In this document: positions 21,552-32,523 of the stretch, one piece after another
Layout: each line of letters opens with the position of its first letter
Position numbering within the stretch: position 1 is the first letter of the stretch
IMG/VR virus record: IMGVR_UViG_3300011008_000027
Coordinates: 1-64,000 of that record
DNA from: a virus
Taxonomy: Duplodnaviria > Caudoviricetes
Strand: one strand, 5' to 3'
Length of the DNA: 64,000 bases
Made by a program: the position numbers and the translations under genes
The notes under the pieces: model-generated
Told to the model about the DNA's origin: nothing
Databases searched by the model: none
What the model saw: the letters and a program-made list of their open reading frames with translations, nothing else

Positions 21552-22020
21552 ATAAGTGTATAAAAGATAGGGAATGCTCGATAGAGACTGGTTAAACCTT
21601 TCTCTATCGAGCATTCTATTTATGATTACTTGTGCGATACTTTTTGTATTCACTATGTAATATGAATGTGAGTAGCTGTCTATATATATCGAGAATGATA
21701 TTGGGAAGTATCATTTAGAGTATGAAAAGATATGGAAAAGCTTCTTGATATAATAACTGATTTTGACTTGGTCTTCTGTTACTCGTAACAGGCATATGTC
21801 TTATAGTCACACTATATTGTATATATGATATACCAAGTTAAGATCTACCTTTATATTGAGAACATGTTTCTATATCGAAGTAATGGTCGTTTCGATGAGA
21901 TAGCGAAAGCAGTTCCACGCTAGTACGGCATTTGACCCGAACGGTGGCATATTACGAATACGAGAAGTATTGACTCCTCGCAAGTAAATCGTACACTGGA
22001 ATGCTTTTCTTTTTCTATTA
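21552..22020 (+). ncRNA. Candidate structured non-coding RNA
   Basis: ~470 nt with no ORF of 60 aa or more after the early promoter motif at 21540-21551; long hairpin ~21572-21617; nested stems ~21906-22013 ending in a T-tract. Confidence 0.3.
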
Positions 22021-22120
22021 TCCGATATTTCCGTATTCTCAAATATCTCAAAAATATATCATATAAGGGAATAATAAATAAAATTATAGCCGGGAGGCTT
22101 TAAATCTTGGAGGTATCATT

Positions 22121-22411
22121 ATGGAAAGATACAATAATTTAATTTTGGTTGGCGCCCTTAATATAATAAAGGGCGAACTTGAATCGGTGTTCACTATTGA
22201 GCCCGAAGTTGCTGAGATTATCAGCAACGACATAGGGGTCAATCGCCCTATGTTGCAAAGAGCTATAGCCCTTTGCAACACGTTGCGCCCCGTTATGGGC
22301 GTACATGAAGAAGATCTCGATGCGATAATGCATCGCCTCGAGATGCGGACTTATCGGAGGTCCGATATTAAGACACTCAAGGTAGTCATGAACTGCCTGT
22401 CAATAGTATAA
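22121..22411 (+). CDS. Hypothetical early protein, GC-richer than its surroundings
   Basis: GGAGGT RBS, early promoter motif at 22051-22062, long terminator-like stem ~22414-22488. Confidence 0.6.
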   Translation: MERYNNLILVGALNIIKGELESVFTIEPEVAEIISNDIGVNRPMLQRAIALCNTLRPVMGVHEEDLDAIMHRLEMRTYRRSDIKTLKVVMNCLSIV

Positions 22412-22653
22412 ACAAGAAAAGGCTGCTTTTACAACTCTGGTATCACACACAGCATGCAGACAGTAAATAAGCAGTCTTTTCTTTTTTCTTATTTTACCAT
22501 ATTTTCAAATATATATAATTTAATTGAAATGAAAAAGCAAGTGAAACGCTTTTCATTTTAATGTTCATTTCCTCAAACCTCACATGACTCCTTTTGCTTA
22601 CATAGCAATTGGAGTCTCCCTTTATTACGGATAGAGGAAATGACTTATTTTTT

Positions 22654-23916
22654 TTAGAATCCTCTCAATTCTAAAAGAGATCGAGCAACAAATGTATCAC
22701 CATCTTTAACGAATGAAGTTATACATTTAGTAATTCTGTATGAGCCATTAATATTACTTGCATATTCATCTGTAGATATAATAAATTCTTTATTCGGAGT
22801 GAAGAATGTTATATCTGCATTTTCGATATATACATTTACTATTTTTTTCGCTTCTTTTATTTTTCTCTCTAATGCTGTATAAGTATTAGTAGAATTCTGT
22901 TTTGTATACACTAATCCGGATATATTACCTGAACCTATATTTGTCTGTTTTCCGGTTTCTGTATCTACATATATAAAGCTAGAACCTACTGTTTCAGATA
23001 AAAACTCCGACTTAGTATTACTAACTATAGAGTCTTTGCTTATAAGGCATATATTACTCTTTTCTTTATCGAATTTAGTATTACCCGTCTTAACGAAGTT
23101 TGTAGAAGCATCACTTGAGTTAAAAGACATTAAATATGTCTTTGTATATTCGTTAGTTTCATAAGCAGTACAAGCTGCCTGCTTATCTATAATATACCCT
23201 CTATCCAAATCGAAGAATAACAATGTACCATTCTTATGCATAGCAAACTGCCCTGCTAAATATTCTAATTGCTCAAGGGTAGTTATAGGTAAAAGAATTA
23301 ATTCATCAGGTACAGTTTTATTATCCGGTTGAGTAAATAGTATATTACCCATATTAGATTCATTAAGAATATATGCTACAGCTGTAGGTATATTAGTATT
23401 TCTCAACACTGCATTTACTACCTTCCTGATACCTTTATAATAATCTTCTCTATATAATACCAATCTTAACATGGTCATATTTTGATTATCCATGTCATTG
23501 ATGTTACTTAAACCTTGCTGTTCTTCATACCCTTTAATTGTATTCTCACTTAATGTAGGAGTAGTTTCATCTAAGAATACTTTAAATACACCATTTATAA
23601 ATCCGGTATATCGTGGTGTATCATTAGAATTCATATCCATTATAGTAGAATCAAATTTAGCACACTTCATAATTATATTAGCTTTAATATTACTTATATT
23701 TTTTAATAAAATTCTTGATATTGCATTAGATATAGTAACAGTAATTTCGAAATACGGTAATATATTATCCTCATAATCTTTTTCTATTCTAAACCCGGTA
23801 ATTAATTTAGTATTAACTTCATATGGTTCATTTAAATTTCCTCCAGATAAAGTTACTTTATCAATACTATATTTGTAATTATAGAATTTTACACCTTGTA
23901 AATCCATATCTAACAA
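22654..23916 (-). CDS. Probable baseplate hub / tail structural protein
   Basis: 420 aa; C-terminal TPNKEF...NGSYRITKCITSF resembles the gp27/Mu P-like hub C-terminus. Confidence 0.4.
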   Translation of the reverse strand: MLDMDLQGVKFYNYKYSIDKVTLSGGNLNEPYEVNTKLITGFRIEKDYEDNILPYFEITVTISNAISRILLKNISNIKANIIMKCAKFDSTIMDMNSNDTPRYTGFINGVFKVFLDETTPTLSENTIKGYEEQQGLSNINDMDNQNMTMLRLVLYREDYYKGIRKVVNAVLRNTNIPTAVAYILNESNMGNILFTQPDNKTVPDELILLPITTLEQLEYLAGQFAMHKNGTLLFFDLDRGYIIDKQAACTAYETNEYTKTYLMSFNSSDASTNFVKTGNTKFDKEKSNICLISKDSIVSNTKSEFLSETVGSSFIYVDTETGKQTNIGSGNISGLVYTKQNSTNTYTALERKIKEAKKIVNVYIENADITFFTPNKEFIISTDEYASNINGSYRITKCITSFVKDGDTFVARSLLELRGF

Positions 23917-24067
23917 TCCCTCCTTATTATTTCAATGGTTTAACAAAATATTAAATTATGTCGATTATTTATATTATTTCTATTTGTATGCAGGTTCTAA
24001 GCCTCAAAACAAATGATATAATTAATATAGCCCAAAATAACGATAAAAATAAAGGAGGTAGTTATAT

Positions 24068-25192
24068 ATGACTATAACCGAATTTATAAACTACGTTAAT
24101 TCTGATATTGAGGAAGATACGTACGAAGCTATCTTCAAAAAGGAACCGAAGGGGTTAGGTGAGAAACTGATAGCTAAAGTCAAGTCTGCTTGTAAGTGGA
24201 TTAAAGAATTTATTACTGTTAAGATTCCGAATTTCTTTAAGAATCTTTTTAAGAAAAACCCAGATACGAAATTTTCAGATGCGGTTAAATCGATAAAAGC
24301 AAATGCAGAAGAACTTGGTGTCACTGAAAAAGAACTTGGAGGTATGGTTCGTACTGGAGCTGTTCTTACAGGTTCTGCTGCTGTAGCTATTGCGCGTGCG
24401 GTTGAAGGTCATTTAAAAAAAACAGGTAAATTAGTCGATGCTATAAGAACTGATGCATATTCTCTTATTGATCAAGGAGATTCATTGGCTAAACAACTCA
24501 CTTCATGGGATTCATCCAATGATAAATTTAAAACTAAATATGAGTCAGAAAAGAGCAAACTCACCGATCAAATTGGTAAAGAAAATCGAGCATGGCAATC
24601 TAAATATAATAAAGCAGACAGAGCTGCAAAACGAGAAGAAACACGATTCACGAATCGTTATTCTACCGACGAAAGAAAGGTTGGTAAATTTAGAAGTAAA
24701 GTTAATAAAGGTAAAGAATACCTTCGCGATAATTTCGGTTTGTTTAATAAGAAATATGAAAAAGATATTGAAAGAAAGGAAGCAGCGAAGGATAAAGTAC
24801 TTGATATTAATGAAGAGAAAGAAAGTCTTTCCAGATCTCAAAAACGAAGAGAAGCTGAGTTGAAAGATAAAATGAAAGACTCGTTTAAAAATGAAAGAAA
24901 TTCACAATACGATTCAACTCGTCAATATATGTATAAAGCTGACAAGAATCTTGAAGAGTTAAGAACGGTTATTGAAAATGATCGAAGAAAAATGGCAGGC
25001 ATCGAAGCAAAATATAATAGAAAATATAAGAGTGATAATAATGCAGTTCAAAATGCATTAAATGGTGATGCTGAATATCAGCGTCTTAAAAGAGAACTCG
25101 AGTCATGTACTGATCTTAAAAACAGACTTGAGAAATCAAAAGCAGATATTAAAGACAAAACAAAATATGAAGATGAAATAAATTGGAATTAA
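24068..25192 (+). CDS. Putative internal head (ejected) protein, paralog family
   Basis: N-terminal xxE motif (TYEA) and KWIKEFITVKIPNFFKNLFK amphipathic motif shared with 25207, 33194 and 47334. Confidence 0.5.
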   Translation: MTITEFINYVNSDIEEDTYEAIFKKEPKGLGEKLIAKVKSACKWIKEFITVKIPNFFKNLFKKNPDTKFSDAVKSIKANAEELGVTEKELGGMVRTGAVLTGSAAVAIARAVEGHLKKTGKLVDAIRTDAYSLIDQGDSLAKQLTSWDSSNDKFKTKYESEKSKLTDQIGKENRAWQSKYNKADRAAKREETRFTNRYSTDERKVGKFRSKVNKGKEYLRDNFGLFNKKYEKDIERKEAAKDKVLDINEEKESLSRSQKRREAELKDKMKDSFKNERNSQYDSTRQYMYKADKNLEELRTVIENDRRKMAGIEAKYNRKYKSDNNAVQNALNGDAEYQRLKRELESCTDLKNRLEKSKADIKDKTKYEDEINWN

Positions 25193-25206
25193 GGAGGGAA
25201 TAAGAC

Positions 25207-25797
25207 ATGGTTTTTACACTTGAAACTTTTATTGACTTTTGTTGTGATGAGCAGTCTGAATACATATTCGAAAATAAGACCCCTACTAAAGTCAAAAAGG
25301 ATCATCCGGTAATAGCTAAGGCAAAACTTGTCATTGAAGCTATAAAGAAATTTATAACCCAGACAATTCCTGAATTCTTTAAAAAGATATTTAAATTGCC
25401 TATATCTAGAAATTCTGAGTTTTCGGATGCAGTAGATGATATAAAGCAGAGTGCGGATGAACTTAAAGCAGATAATTCTGAGCTTAATTCTACAGTAAAA
25501 TCTGCTGAAGATATTATGGGTAAAGATGCTACAGTAGTAGATGTTCAAGCTGCTACTAGGCAGTCCAACAAGTTTACTACAAAGATTAGAAATCTTATGT
25601 CTTCTATTGGAACTAAGCTTAATGCGTGTAAGGCAAAAATGAGTAAACTTTCTGCTATGGTAAAATCTAAAGCATCTAAAGCTAAGGATGCTCTTAAAGG
25701 AAAAAATAGATCTAATGATGATGGTGGTAATCCAGATAAAGGTATTCCTACACCTACTCCCGATGCCGCTGAAACGGGATGGCATAGAGAACAGTAA
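25207..25797 (+). CDS. Putative internal head protein, paralog family
   Basis: AIKKFITQTIPEFFKKIFK...FSDAV shared with the 24068 gene. Confidence 0.5.
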   Translation: MVFTLETFIDFCCDEQSEYIFENKTPTKVKKDHPVIAKAKLVIEAIKKFITQTIPEFFKKIFKLPISRNSEFSDAVDDIKQSADELKADNSELNSTVKSAEDIMGKDATVVDVQAATRQSNKFTTKIRNLMSSIGTKLNACKAKMSKLSAMVKSKASKAKDALKGKNRSNDDGGNPDKGIPTPTPDAAETGWHREQ

Positions 25798-25855
25798 CAA
25801 AGATAGGAAAAATATAAATGCTATAATGGAAAATTCCATTATAGCATTTTAATCA

Positions 25856-26410
25856 TCATTCTTTAATATTCGGCAGTGAATCAATCCAAATATCTAAAGA
25901 ATTCAGATACTTTCTTTTTTCATCTTCGAATTTAATGCCTTTATAGTTAAAATAACTTGTAAAAGCTAACCCGCATATCGGTCGTATAATGTAAGCATAA
26001 TTATCACTTCCATTATTTAGTATGAATGGTTTATCAAAATACCAACCTTCGATATTTCTATATTTGTCATTAATAAATTTCGGACCTTCAAACCATATAT
26101 ATGCAGAGTCATCAAAATCATGACCCTCGCAAGAAAATTTAGTTTTATATCCTTTTTCATTAAGTTTCTTAACTTGATCAAATATCTTATTATCAACAGG
26201 AATTAATTCATTTCCACAGTACGGACATTTAGCTTGTACCGCTTGGTACTGAATATCCATAGACGACTGAAAAACAGGGATATTAGAATCAATTGTGACT
26301 TTAGCATGTAATTCTATAGCATCCTTACCACTCTTTATATATTCATCACAAAAGCAAAAATACTTTGAATTTATAAATAATTCTTGTTTATTTAAATATT
26401 TATCACTCAT
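25856..26410 (-). CDS. Hypothetical protein with zinc-ribbon-like Cys pairs and a GYKTKFSCEGH motif
   Basis: CFC...CPYC; SCEGH motif. Confidence 0.5.
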   Translation of the reverse strand: MSDKYLNKQELFINSKYFCFCDEYIKSGKDAIELHAKVTIDSNIPVFQSSMDIQYQAVQAKCPYCGNELIPVDNKIFDQVKKLNEKGYKTKFSCEGHDFDDSAYIWFEGPKFINDKYRNIEGWYFDKPFILNNGSDNYAYIIRPICGLAFTSYFNYKGIKFEDEKRKYLNSLDIWIDSLPNIKE

Positions 26411-26997
26411 ATAATCATTCCTTTAAAACGATTCATAAATCCATCGACCGTTAAATACTTTTCATTACGCTTACTACAACTATAAATATATCGAAAATGA
26501 CGTGTTGTTGTAAACGATATTGCAAAATTATCGTCTACAACATCATATTTATTATTATCGATATTAAAAAATCCGAAATTGATTGTATCATAATATTGGT
26601 TATCGCCGGAAGATAATACCTTAATATCAATATCAATTCCAGATTCTATATGCAATCGAAGTTCATCCGATGATAATGCTTCACCTGTATCATCGCACAT
26701 AAAATATTTTAACGTTAATATTTCAAGTTTATCGATAATACTTTTTGAAATTTGTATCAATGCATCAGGATTTTGTATTTTATCCTCTACATTAAGATTC
26801 TCATAATTAATCATCTCATAAGGTATATCTACATCAATGTGATACTCAATTGAATTATCATTAGGGAGTTCTTCTGTCACAATAATCGGTGAATCAATCG
26901 ATTCATTTTCAAGTTGCACATTAGTGATATTATGTCTAATTCGTAATAACGACATAATATCATTCTTAAGTGCTCGACACTCTTCAATATTGACCAT
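26407..26997 (-). CDS. Hypothetical protein
   Basis: 196 aa, GAAAGGAG RBS. Confidence 0.6.
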   Translation of the reverse strand: MVNIEECRALKNDIMSLLRIRHNITNVQLENESIDSPIIVTEELPNDNSIEYHIDVDIPYEMINYENLNVEDKIQNPDALIQISKSIIDKLEILTLKYFMCDDTGEALSSDELRLHIESGIDIDIKVLSSGDNQYYDTINFGFFNIDNNKYDVVDDNFAISFTTTRHFRYIYSCSKRNEKYLTVDGFMNRFKGMII

Positions 26998-27027
26998 AGC
27001 GTATCTCCTTTCTTTTATTAATACACA

Positions 27028-28152
27028 CTATTTCCATATAATCTTTTTATTACTATTTCTTTTCGTAACGTCGGGACGAGCAGTTAATCCAATAAGATTT
27101 ATAGGATAATCATTAAAATATAATTTATTCATCTCTTGAAAACTATTGATATCGGGAATATCCTCCATTTGTATATCAAAAGCAGTTCTATCAATTTCTC
27201 CTATTTTTTCATATTGGAGTTTGACACTAACTGCTTCTAAATTTCTATTAATGGAATCCACATCAGTTTTATTTGATACAAGAGATGACAGCATCATATT
27301 TTCATATGTTACCGTCGATATATCTCGATCATATGCTTGTATTTCGTTATAAACTGCTTCTAATATTTTAAACATGGTTTTCCATCCGATTCGTTTAAGT
27401 CTTGGGATATTTCTCCATGTATCTCCGATTACTGCTAATACAAATACATATGCACTTGCATCATATGGATGTATTGTAATATCACCGACTTTATTGGCAT
27501 CTCTTAAGAATTCCCATAAGTTAGATTTATTTATAAATTGACTATAATTTCCTTTAGGATATAAGTAACTCCATCGATCCATATAAGAATATTGCAGATC
27601 ATATAAATCCCTCGATATAATAACATTCCAATCCGATTGGAATTTACCTTCTGATGCAATATAAAATGGAAATACCGATGGTTCGATGAGTTTAGTATTA
27701 ATGATATAAATATCCTCAAGATATCTTCCCATTACTGATAATAAGTTATTCGAAACTTGGAACGATGTGTTTATATAAAAGAATTTAGTATTTAATTCAT
27801 CATTATATTCCCTGAATTTCTTTCTATATCTTGGGATATATATTTCATTTCGAAAATTTGCTTTATACGATGCAGTATAAAAAACAAACATTCTACACTT
27901 AATTCCTTTATTCACAAACCATAATCTATAATGAGATATTACGTTTAATATGTTTGAAATTAATTGCTTTGAAGAATTCTTTCCTGCTGCCTGAAACTCA
28001 TTATTGGTTAATGGTTTATGAAGTTTATGAAGAATATCATCGAGATTAATAAACACATTCATTGTATTGATATTTTGAGAATTTAATACATATTTAAAGT
28101 AATAATCCATATTAATATATCTCATTTTATATGTGTTAAAATGAATATCCAA
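27028..28152 (-). CDS. 5'-3' exonuclease / flap-endonuclease-like protein
   Basis: ISRDLYDLQY and helix-3-turn-helix-like GDTWRNIPRLKRIGWKT motifs. Confidence 0.55.
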   Translation of the reverse strand: MDIHFNTYKMRYINMDYYFKYVLNSQNINTMNVFINLDDILHKLHKPLTNNEFQAAGKNSSKQLISNILNVISHYRLWFVNKGIKCRMFVFYTASYKANFRNEIYIPRYRKKFREYNDELNTKFFYINTSFQVSNNLLSVMGRYLEDIYIINTKLIEPSVFPFYIASEGKFQSDWNVIISRDLYDLQYSYMDRWSYLYPKGNYSQFINKSNLWEFLRDANKVGDITIHPYDASAYVFVLAVIGDTWRNIPRLKRIGWKTMFKILEAVYNEIQAYDRDISTVTYENMMLSSLVSNKTDVDSINRNLEAVSVKLQYEKIGEIDRTAFDIQMEDIPDINSFQEMNKLYFNDYPINLIGLTARPDVTKRNSNKKIIWK

Positions 28153-28299
28153 ATATACTCCTCCTTTTATTTTAGTTACATAGACGTTCGATTAAATGTA
28201 GGAAAATAATAAAAAAGAATAAAACATAACGGGTATAGAGATCCATAACAGATCCCTATACCCAATTTATGTTATTCCCCTTCCAAAGACTTTATTATA

Positions 28300-28995
28300 T
28301 TAGAGTCTTTTTATCTTCTGAGGTGATAATCCTCTCTTCGAATGTCTATTCGGAACTTTCTTTGTAATCTCGAATGCAATGAGTTCGCCGCGCTTATCGA
28401 GAATCGTTCCGATCTCCAAATCTGTGTATTTCTGCATCGTATTGAATCGACGTGCATATTCATCACCATTGGTATCAAATATCACCTTAAATAGCTTCTT
28501 CAGATCTATCTGGATACCTTTATAGTTCTTCGACTTCTCTTCATTGAACAAACGAGGTCCGACATTTTTGCCGTTATCAACTATGTCAACAGCAAACGCC
28601 TCCATAAATCTTCTGAGTTCATCCGAATATCTTACCGTGTTCACCTGTATAGCACTATCAGACGTATTCGATAACGTCGAATCGCAAACATCTTCAGATA
28701 CGCTGCTTATCCACAGATACGCATTATAAGGTGTACTTCTCTTTCCTTCTCTCTCTTCAAACGACTTCTTATCAGCTGGAAAGAATGAAACCTCTGCATC
28801 CTTTGGATCCTTCAACATCTTCTGAGCATAATTTAATATAGCATCAGAAAGATCCTTAACCGCAACAATGAACCCAACCTTTACAGGTTCAAGACCCATT
28901 GTATTGAATGCCGTATTAGAAACATTAATCGTGCCCTGATTATTAGTCGTAGGATGATTTCCGTTTCCATTGCCGTTGTTGTTTCCTTTACCCAT
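28300..28995 (-). CDS. Hypothetical early protein
   Basis: 231 aa, AAAGGAGG RBS. Confidence 0.6.
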   Translation of the reverse strand: MGKGNNNGNGNGNHPTTNNQGTINVSNTAFNTMGLEPVKVGFIVAVKDLSDAILNYAQKMLKDPKDAEVSFFPADKKSFEEREGKRSTPYNAYLWISSVSEDVCDSTLSNTSDSAIQVNTVRYSDELRRFMEAFAVDIVDNGKNVGPRLFNEEKSKNYKGIQIDLKKLFKVIFDTNGDEYARRFNTMQKYTDLEIGTILDKRGELIAFEITKKVPNRHSKRGLSPQKIKRL

Positions 28996-29105
28996 TTGGT
29001 TTTCCTCCTTTTAAAAAATATATATTAGTTTAACACAAGCGAATGAATGGATTACTTATTACTAAGTAACCCACTCATTAAAATAATATATATCTTAATT
29101 ACTCG

Positions 29106-29237
29106 TTAATTTCTATTGGCATAATCCGCAATTGATTTTCCAACTTCAGAATTAGCTGTATATACATATGCTACCGAGTTATTAAATCCACAGAATTTGG
29201 TGATGCCCGTAAAGCCTAATACTGTAACTTTGCTCAT
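29106..29237 (-). CDS. Small ORF (43 aa)
   Basis: GGAGG RBS before ATG; MSKVTVLGFTGITKFCG... Confidence 0.45.
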   Translation of the reverse strand: MSKVTVLGFTGITKFCGFNNSVAYVYTANSEVGKSIADYANRN

Positions 29238-29255
29238 ATTAACATCCTCCACATT

Positions 29256-30068
29256 TCATGTATACAACGTTTCTGCATTATCTATCCACATGTTGAATGC
29301 CCATGTGACATCATTTGTCCATGAGTCTGGTGTCGGTGGGCAATATTTTTTAGATATTGCACTTATGCTTGTATAACCCATATTGATATATTTAGTAGAT
29401 AAGAGTTTACCCGCATACAGTGCACACTCACTAGAACTACCAAATCTCATTCCTATAAAACCGCCAAGATTATGTTGATTCAGTGCTAATGATGAGTGAC
29501 CATATCCACTCTCTATCGTAAATATAGAAAGTATTAATAAGCCATTAATATTATACTCAGTTTCGATCTGATATAATTCATCACCGAGCTTTGACATTTG
29601 GCTTCCGTTTAACTTACCCTTGCTTGCTAATGTAAATTCAATAAGTTTATCGAATTCGTTTGTTGACAAACCGCTAGGTTCGTAAATGATTCTCTCGAAA
29701 GAGTAGTGCCGAGTATTGTTTTCTATAGACTCGACTTCGGTTTCCACCGTAGTAACTATCGTTGTAACTTCAGTTGTTTCTTCAATAATAGTTACCTCGG
29801 TAGTCACCTCTGCTCCGTTTGCAGTTATTGATGTTACCATAGAAGTTTCTTCTACTATAACCGGTTCATCCGGTATTATAGGATAATCCTCTTCTATGTT
29901 GGCAGTGTTCACATCAATACTTTGCGCTACTTGTAATCTTGGTACAGGCTCTGTATCCGAATCGTCGGAATTCGTCATAGCTAAACCGTTTGCTATAGGC
30001 ATCACGGTTAAAACTGCTACAGTGCCAACTTGAGCCATATACTTGATTACATCTTTCTTGATTAACAT
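29256..30068 (-). CDS. Secreted GH73-family glucosaminidase/muramidase (peptidoglycan hydrolase)
   Basis: Signal peptide, Thr/Glu-rich linker, LILSIFTIESGYG...NLGG...KYCP...W motifs. Confidence 0.7.
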   Translation of the reverse strand: MLIKKDVIKYMAQVGTVAVLTVMPIANGLAMTNSDDSDTEPVPRLQVAQSIDVNTANIEEDYPIIPDEPVIVEETSMVTSITANGAEVTTEVTIIEETTEVTTIVTTVETEVESIENNTRHYSFERIIYEPSGLSTNEFDKLIEFTLASKGKLNGSQMSKLGDELYQIETEYNINGLLILSIFTIESGYGHSSLALNQHNLGGFIGMRFGSSSECALYAGKLLSTKYINMGYTSISAISKKYCPPTPDSWTNDVTWAFNMWIDNAETLYT

Positions 30069-30167
30069 TTTAAATAACTCTCCTTTTTGATTTAATAATT
30101 ACATCGTGTATTGTATAGAATATAATGTACGTTAAAATATTCTAATGAGTTGTTCGATGAATTATTT

Positions 30168-30374
30168 TTACTTTTTACACCGTCCATAAAGCCTATTGAT
30201 GGTGTCTTGTAGATCATTTCGATCTTTGTGATAAACTTTCAAACCCTCTGCAACTAAAAAGCTTATTGCAGAGGACTTGGACATGTTATCTTGCCTTTGA
30301 CAGAAACTTTCTAATTTATCGTTTACATCATTTGTGAGATTAGTGGTTATCCTTTTCATTCTTAGTCCCTCCAT
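30168..30374 (-). CDS. Ribbon-helix-helix DNA-binding protein
   Basis: MKRITTNLTNDVNDKLESFCQRQDNMSKSSAISFLVAEGL fits the RHH pattern. Confidence 0.65.
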   Translation of the reverse strand: MEGLRMKRITTNLTNDVNDKLESFCQRQDNMSKSSAISFLVAEGLKVYHKDRNDLQDTINRLYGRCKK

Positions 30375-30606
30375 ATAATGTCGAATTCAATCATGTCGTT
30401 TCTGTTCATTTCCTCAACGCTCATTGCTATACCTTTAATATTCATTTTATCGCCTCCCTCTTTCTTTATAACCAAAAAGAAAATAATAAAGGTATTTCAA
30501 TGATTAAAGATAGATTAATCTATCTATGCATATAATATATTTTTTAAAATATAGAAGAAAAATAATGTACATATACCTTGTAACAGGGTATATGTACATT
30601 ATATGT

Positions 30607-31080
30607 CTATCCATTATCTTCTTTTTCATCTTTAGGTTCATCATTATCATCATCTGATATATTCTTAGAAATATTCCCCGCTATACGTTCATCAAGATAT
30701 TCTTTATGATCGTGATGATATCTTTCTGTTTCTTTAAGTATAGTGCGAACCTCTGCATATATCTTAAGAATATTCTTAAGTTTAGTAACAGATACAGTCA
30801 TTTCATCGGCAACTAAACCACCAATAAAAGAAGCTCCTAAAAATATAGTTTCTGATAAACCCAATTTATTTGATAACTCAGAAGTTAATAATACAAGCAT
30901 TGAAGGAGTAATGCTATATATCAATATGTATTTCGCATCATATGCAAGTTTACTTCCCTTTCGAATGTTGTAATTAACTAACGTTCCAAATAGGCATGGA
31001 ATATAATACAAAAAGAATCCTCCAAGAAAGTCCAATAAAGTAGAAAGTCTTCCACTTGCAAATAAATCATTTATATCCAT
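30607..31080 (-). CDS. Membrane protein, possible holin
   Basis: About 3 TM helices, charged C-tail, late promoter motif at 31131-31142, near the muramidase. Confidence 0.4.
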   Translation of the reverse strand: MDINDLFASGRLSTLLDFLGGFFLYYIPCLFGTLVNYNIRKGSKLAYDAKYILIYSITPSMLVLLTSELSNKLGLSETIFLGASFIGGLVADEMTVSVTKLKNILKIYAEVRTILKETERYHHDHKEYLDERIAGNISKNISDDDNDEPKDEKEDNG

Positions 31081-31155
31081 AATGAGATAAGCCTCCTTCC
31101 TAATTTTATTGTATATATCTTTATCAACATTAAATTTTTGTTGACTTGATATTCC

Positions 31156-32472
31156 TTATTGTATAGACATGATGTTTTTAGTTTCTAATCCTTTATCATA
31201 ATTTTCAGCTTCAATAAGATTTCTAATTCTCTCATTAACATATAATCTATTTATAAATACAATCAATCTATAAGTAGATTCTGAATCAGAATTATGAATT
31301 GTTAATACACATGTATTCCAATCAATATCCCAATCTGTAGATAATGTATTATCTTTGAGTATTTGAATCTCTAAGAATGTAGATATAGGTATATTCGAAG
31401 CAAAATGTTGCCTTATTAAATCATGGAGTTCTGCCGATGTAAATACATCATATATCTCAAGTGTATCATCTCCATTAGTCATATCAGTTTTAAATAAACT
31501 GGTAGTGTATAACTCAAATGATGTATCGGTTGGTCTTATATTATTAAAGAAATTATTTATAGTATATATAGGAATAATATCTTGCTCATTATAACTATCA
31601 ACTACGATTTGTATATCTGAATTAGAAGCATACTCAGGAGTACCTATAAGATAAAAAGCTGCAGGAAGATTAAAATCCACTGTTACTTTAAATGATATCC
31701 TAAATGAATCTTCTACCATACCTTTTTTATTGCCTTCGTCTATTTCGAGATTGGTAAATGATATAAGAAACTTAATTCCATAATACATGAAATATTCATC
31801 TCTTGATGTAGAATTTCTCATTTTGTATGTTATAGGATATAAAGAATGATTATTAAGGTATTCCAACATAATAAATTCTTGCTTATTATCTATATTAATA
31901 CTATTAAGTTTACCTATATAACTTATCATAGATCTCGGAATCATAGTTTCCAAACTTTGATTTATATATGTAGGAGAATCCCAATTCCACTGATGTCTCA
32001 TAGTTTTATATACATCTAACTGAGAAAAAAGAGTTGGCATTATCATGTTAATATCAAATTCCAATCTATCTCTTGTCATAGTATACATTAAGCCGATATT
32101 TCTCTTATTATCATACAATAGATCCATCATTACTTTTCTACTTATAGTTCCATTAAATGAACTGCTATTATTAGTTAATAATGTACCACCTAAAAACTTA
32201 TCTTCATCACTTAAAGATGAAAAAGTCGGGTTTATTGAGAATTTAGGTTTTAGTTTCTTACTGAATTCAATATTCGTATTAACTCTTTCATCTCTCATCT
32301 CTTTACTAAGTAATTCAGTTGATATATGAATGTATTTAAAAAATTCTCTCGGAAAAAAAGACTTTATTATTTCTCTTACCGCCGATGCTACATTACCATA
32401 GGTATGAGCGCTCGAACATGTTCCTGTAGATAATACAGTTTGTGGTGTAGTATTATTTCTCATATATATCAC
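31156..32472 (-). CDS. Probable virion structural protein
   Basis: 438 aa, beta-rich; function inferred from context. Confidence 0.35.
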   Translation of the reverse strand: MIYMRNNTTPQTVLSTGTCSSAHTYGNVASAVREIIKSFFPREFFKYIHISTELLSKEMRDERVNTNIEFSKKLKPKFSINPTFSSLSDEDKFLGGTLLTNNSSSFNGTISRKVMMDLLYDNKRNIGLMYTMTRDRLEFDINMIMPTLFSQLDVYKTMRHQWNWDSPTYINQSLETMIPRSMISYIGKLNSINIDNKQEFIMLEYLNNHSLYPITYKMRNSTSRDEYFMYYGIKFLISFTNLEIDEGNKKGMVEDSFRISFKVTVDFNLPAAFYLIGTPEYASNSDIQIVVDSYNEQDIIPIYTINNFFNNIRPTDTSFELYTTSLFKTDMTNGDDTLEIYDVFTSAELHDLIRQHFASNIPISTFLEIQILKDNTLSTDWDIDWNTCVLTIHNSDSESTYRLIVFINRLYVNERIRNLIEAENYDKGLETKNIMSIQ

Positions 32473-32523
32473 CCCTTAATTATAAAAAACAACGGTATGT
32501 ATATTATCATACCGTTGTTTTAT

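Noticed and set aside
21890-21912. Hammerhead ribozyme (CGATGAG...GAAA)
   Set aside because: Core is CGATGA rather than CTGATGA and no convincing stem II/III was found
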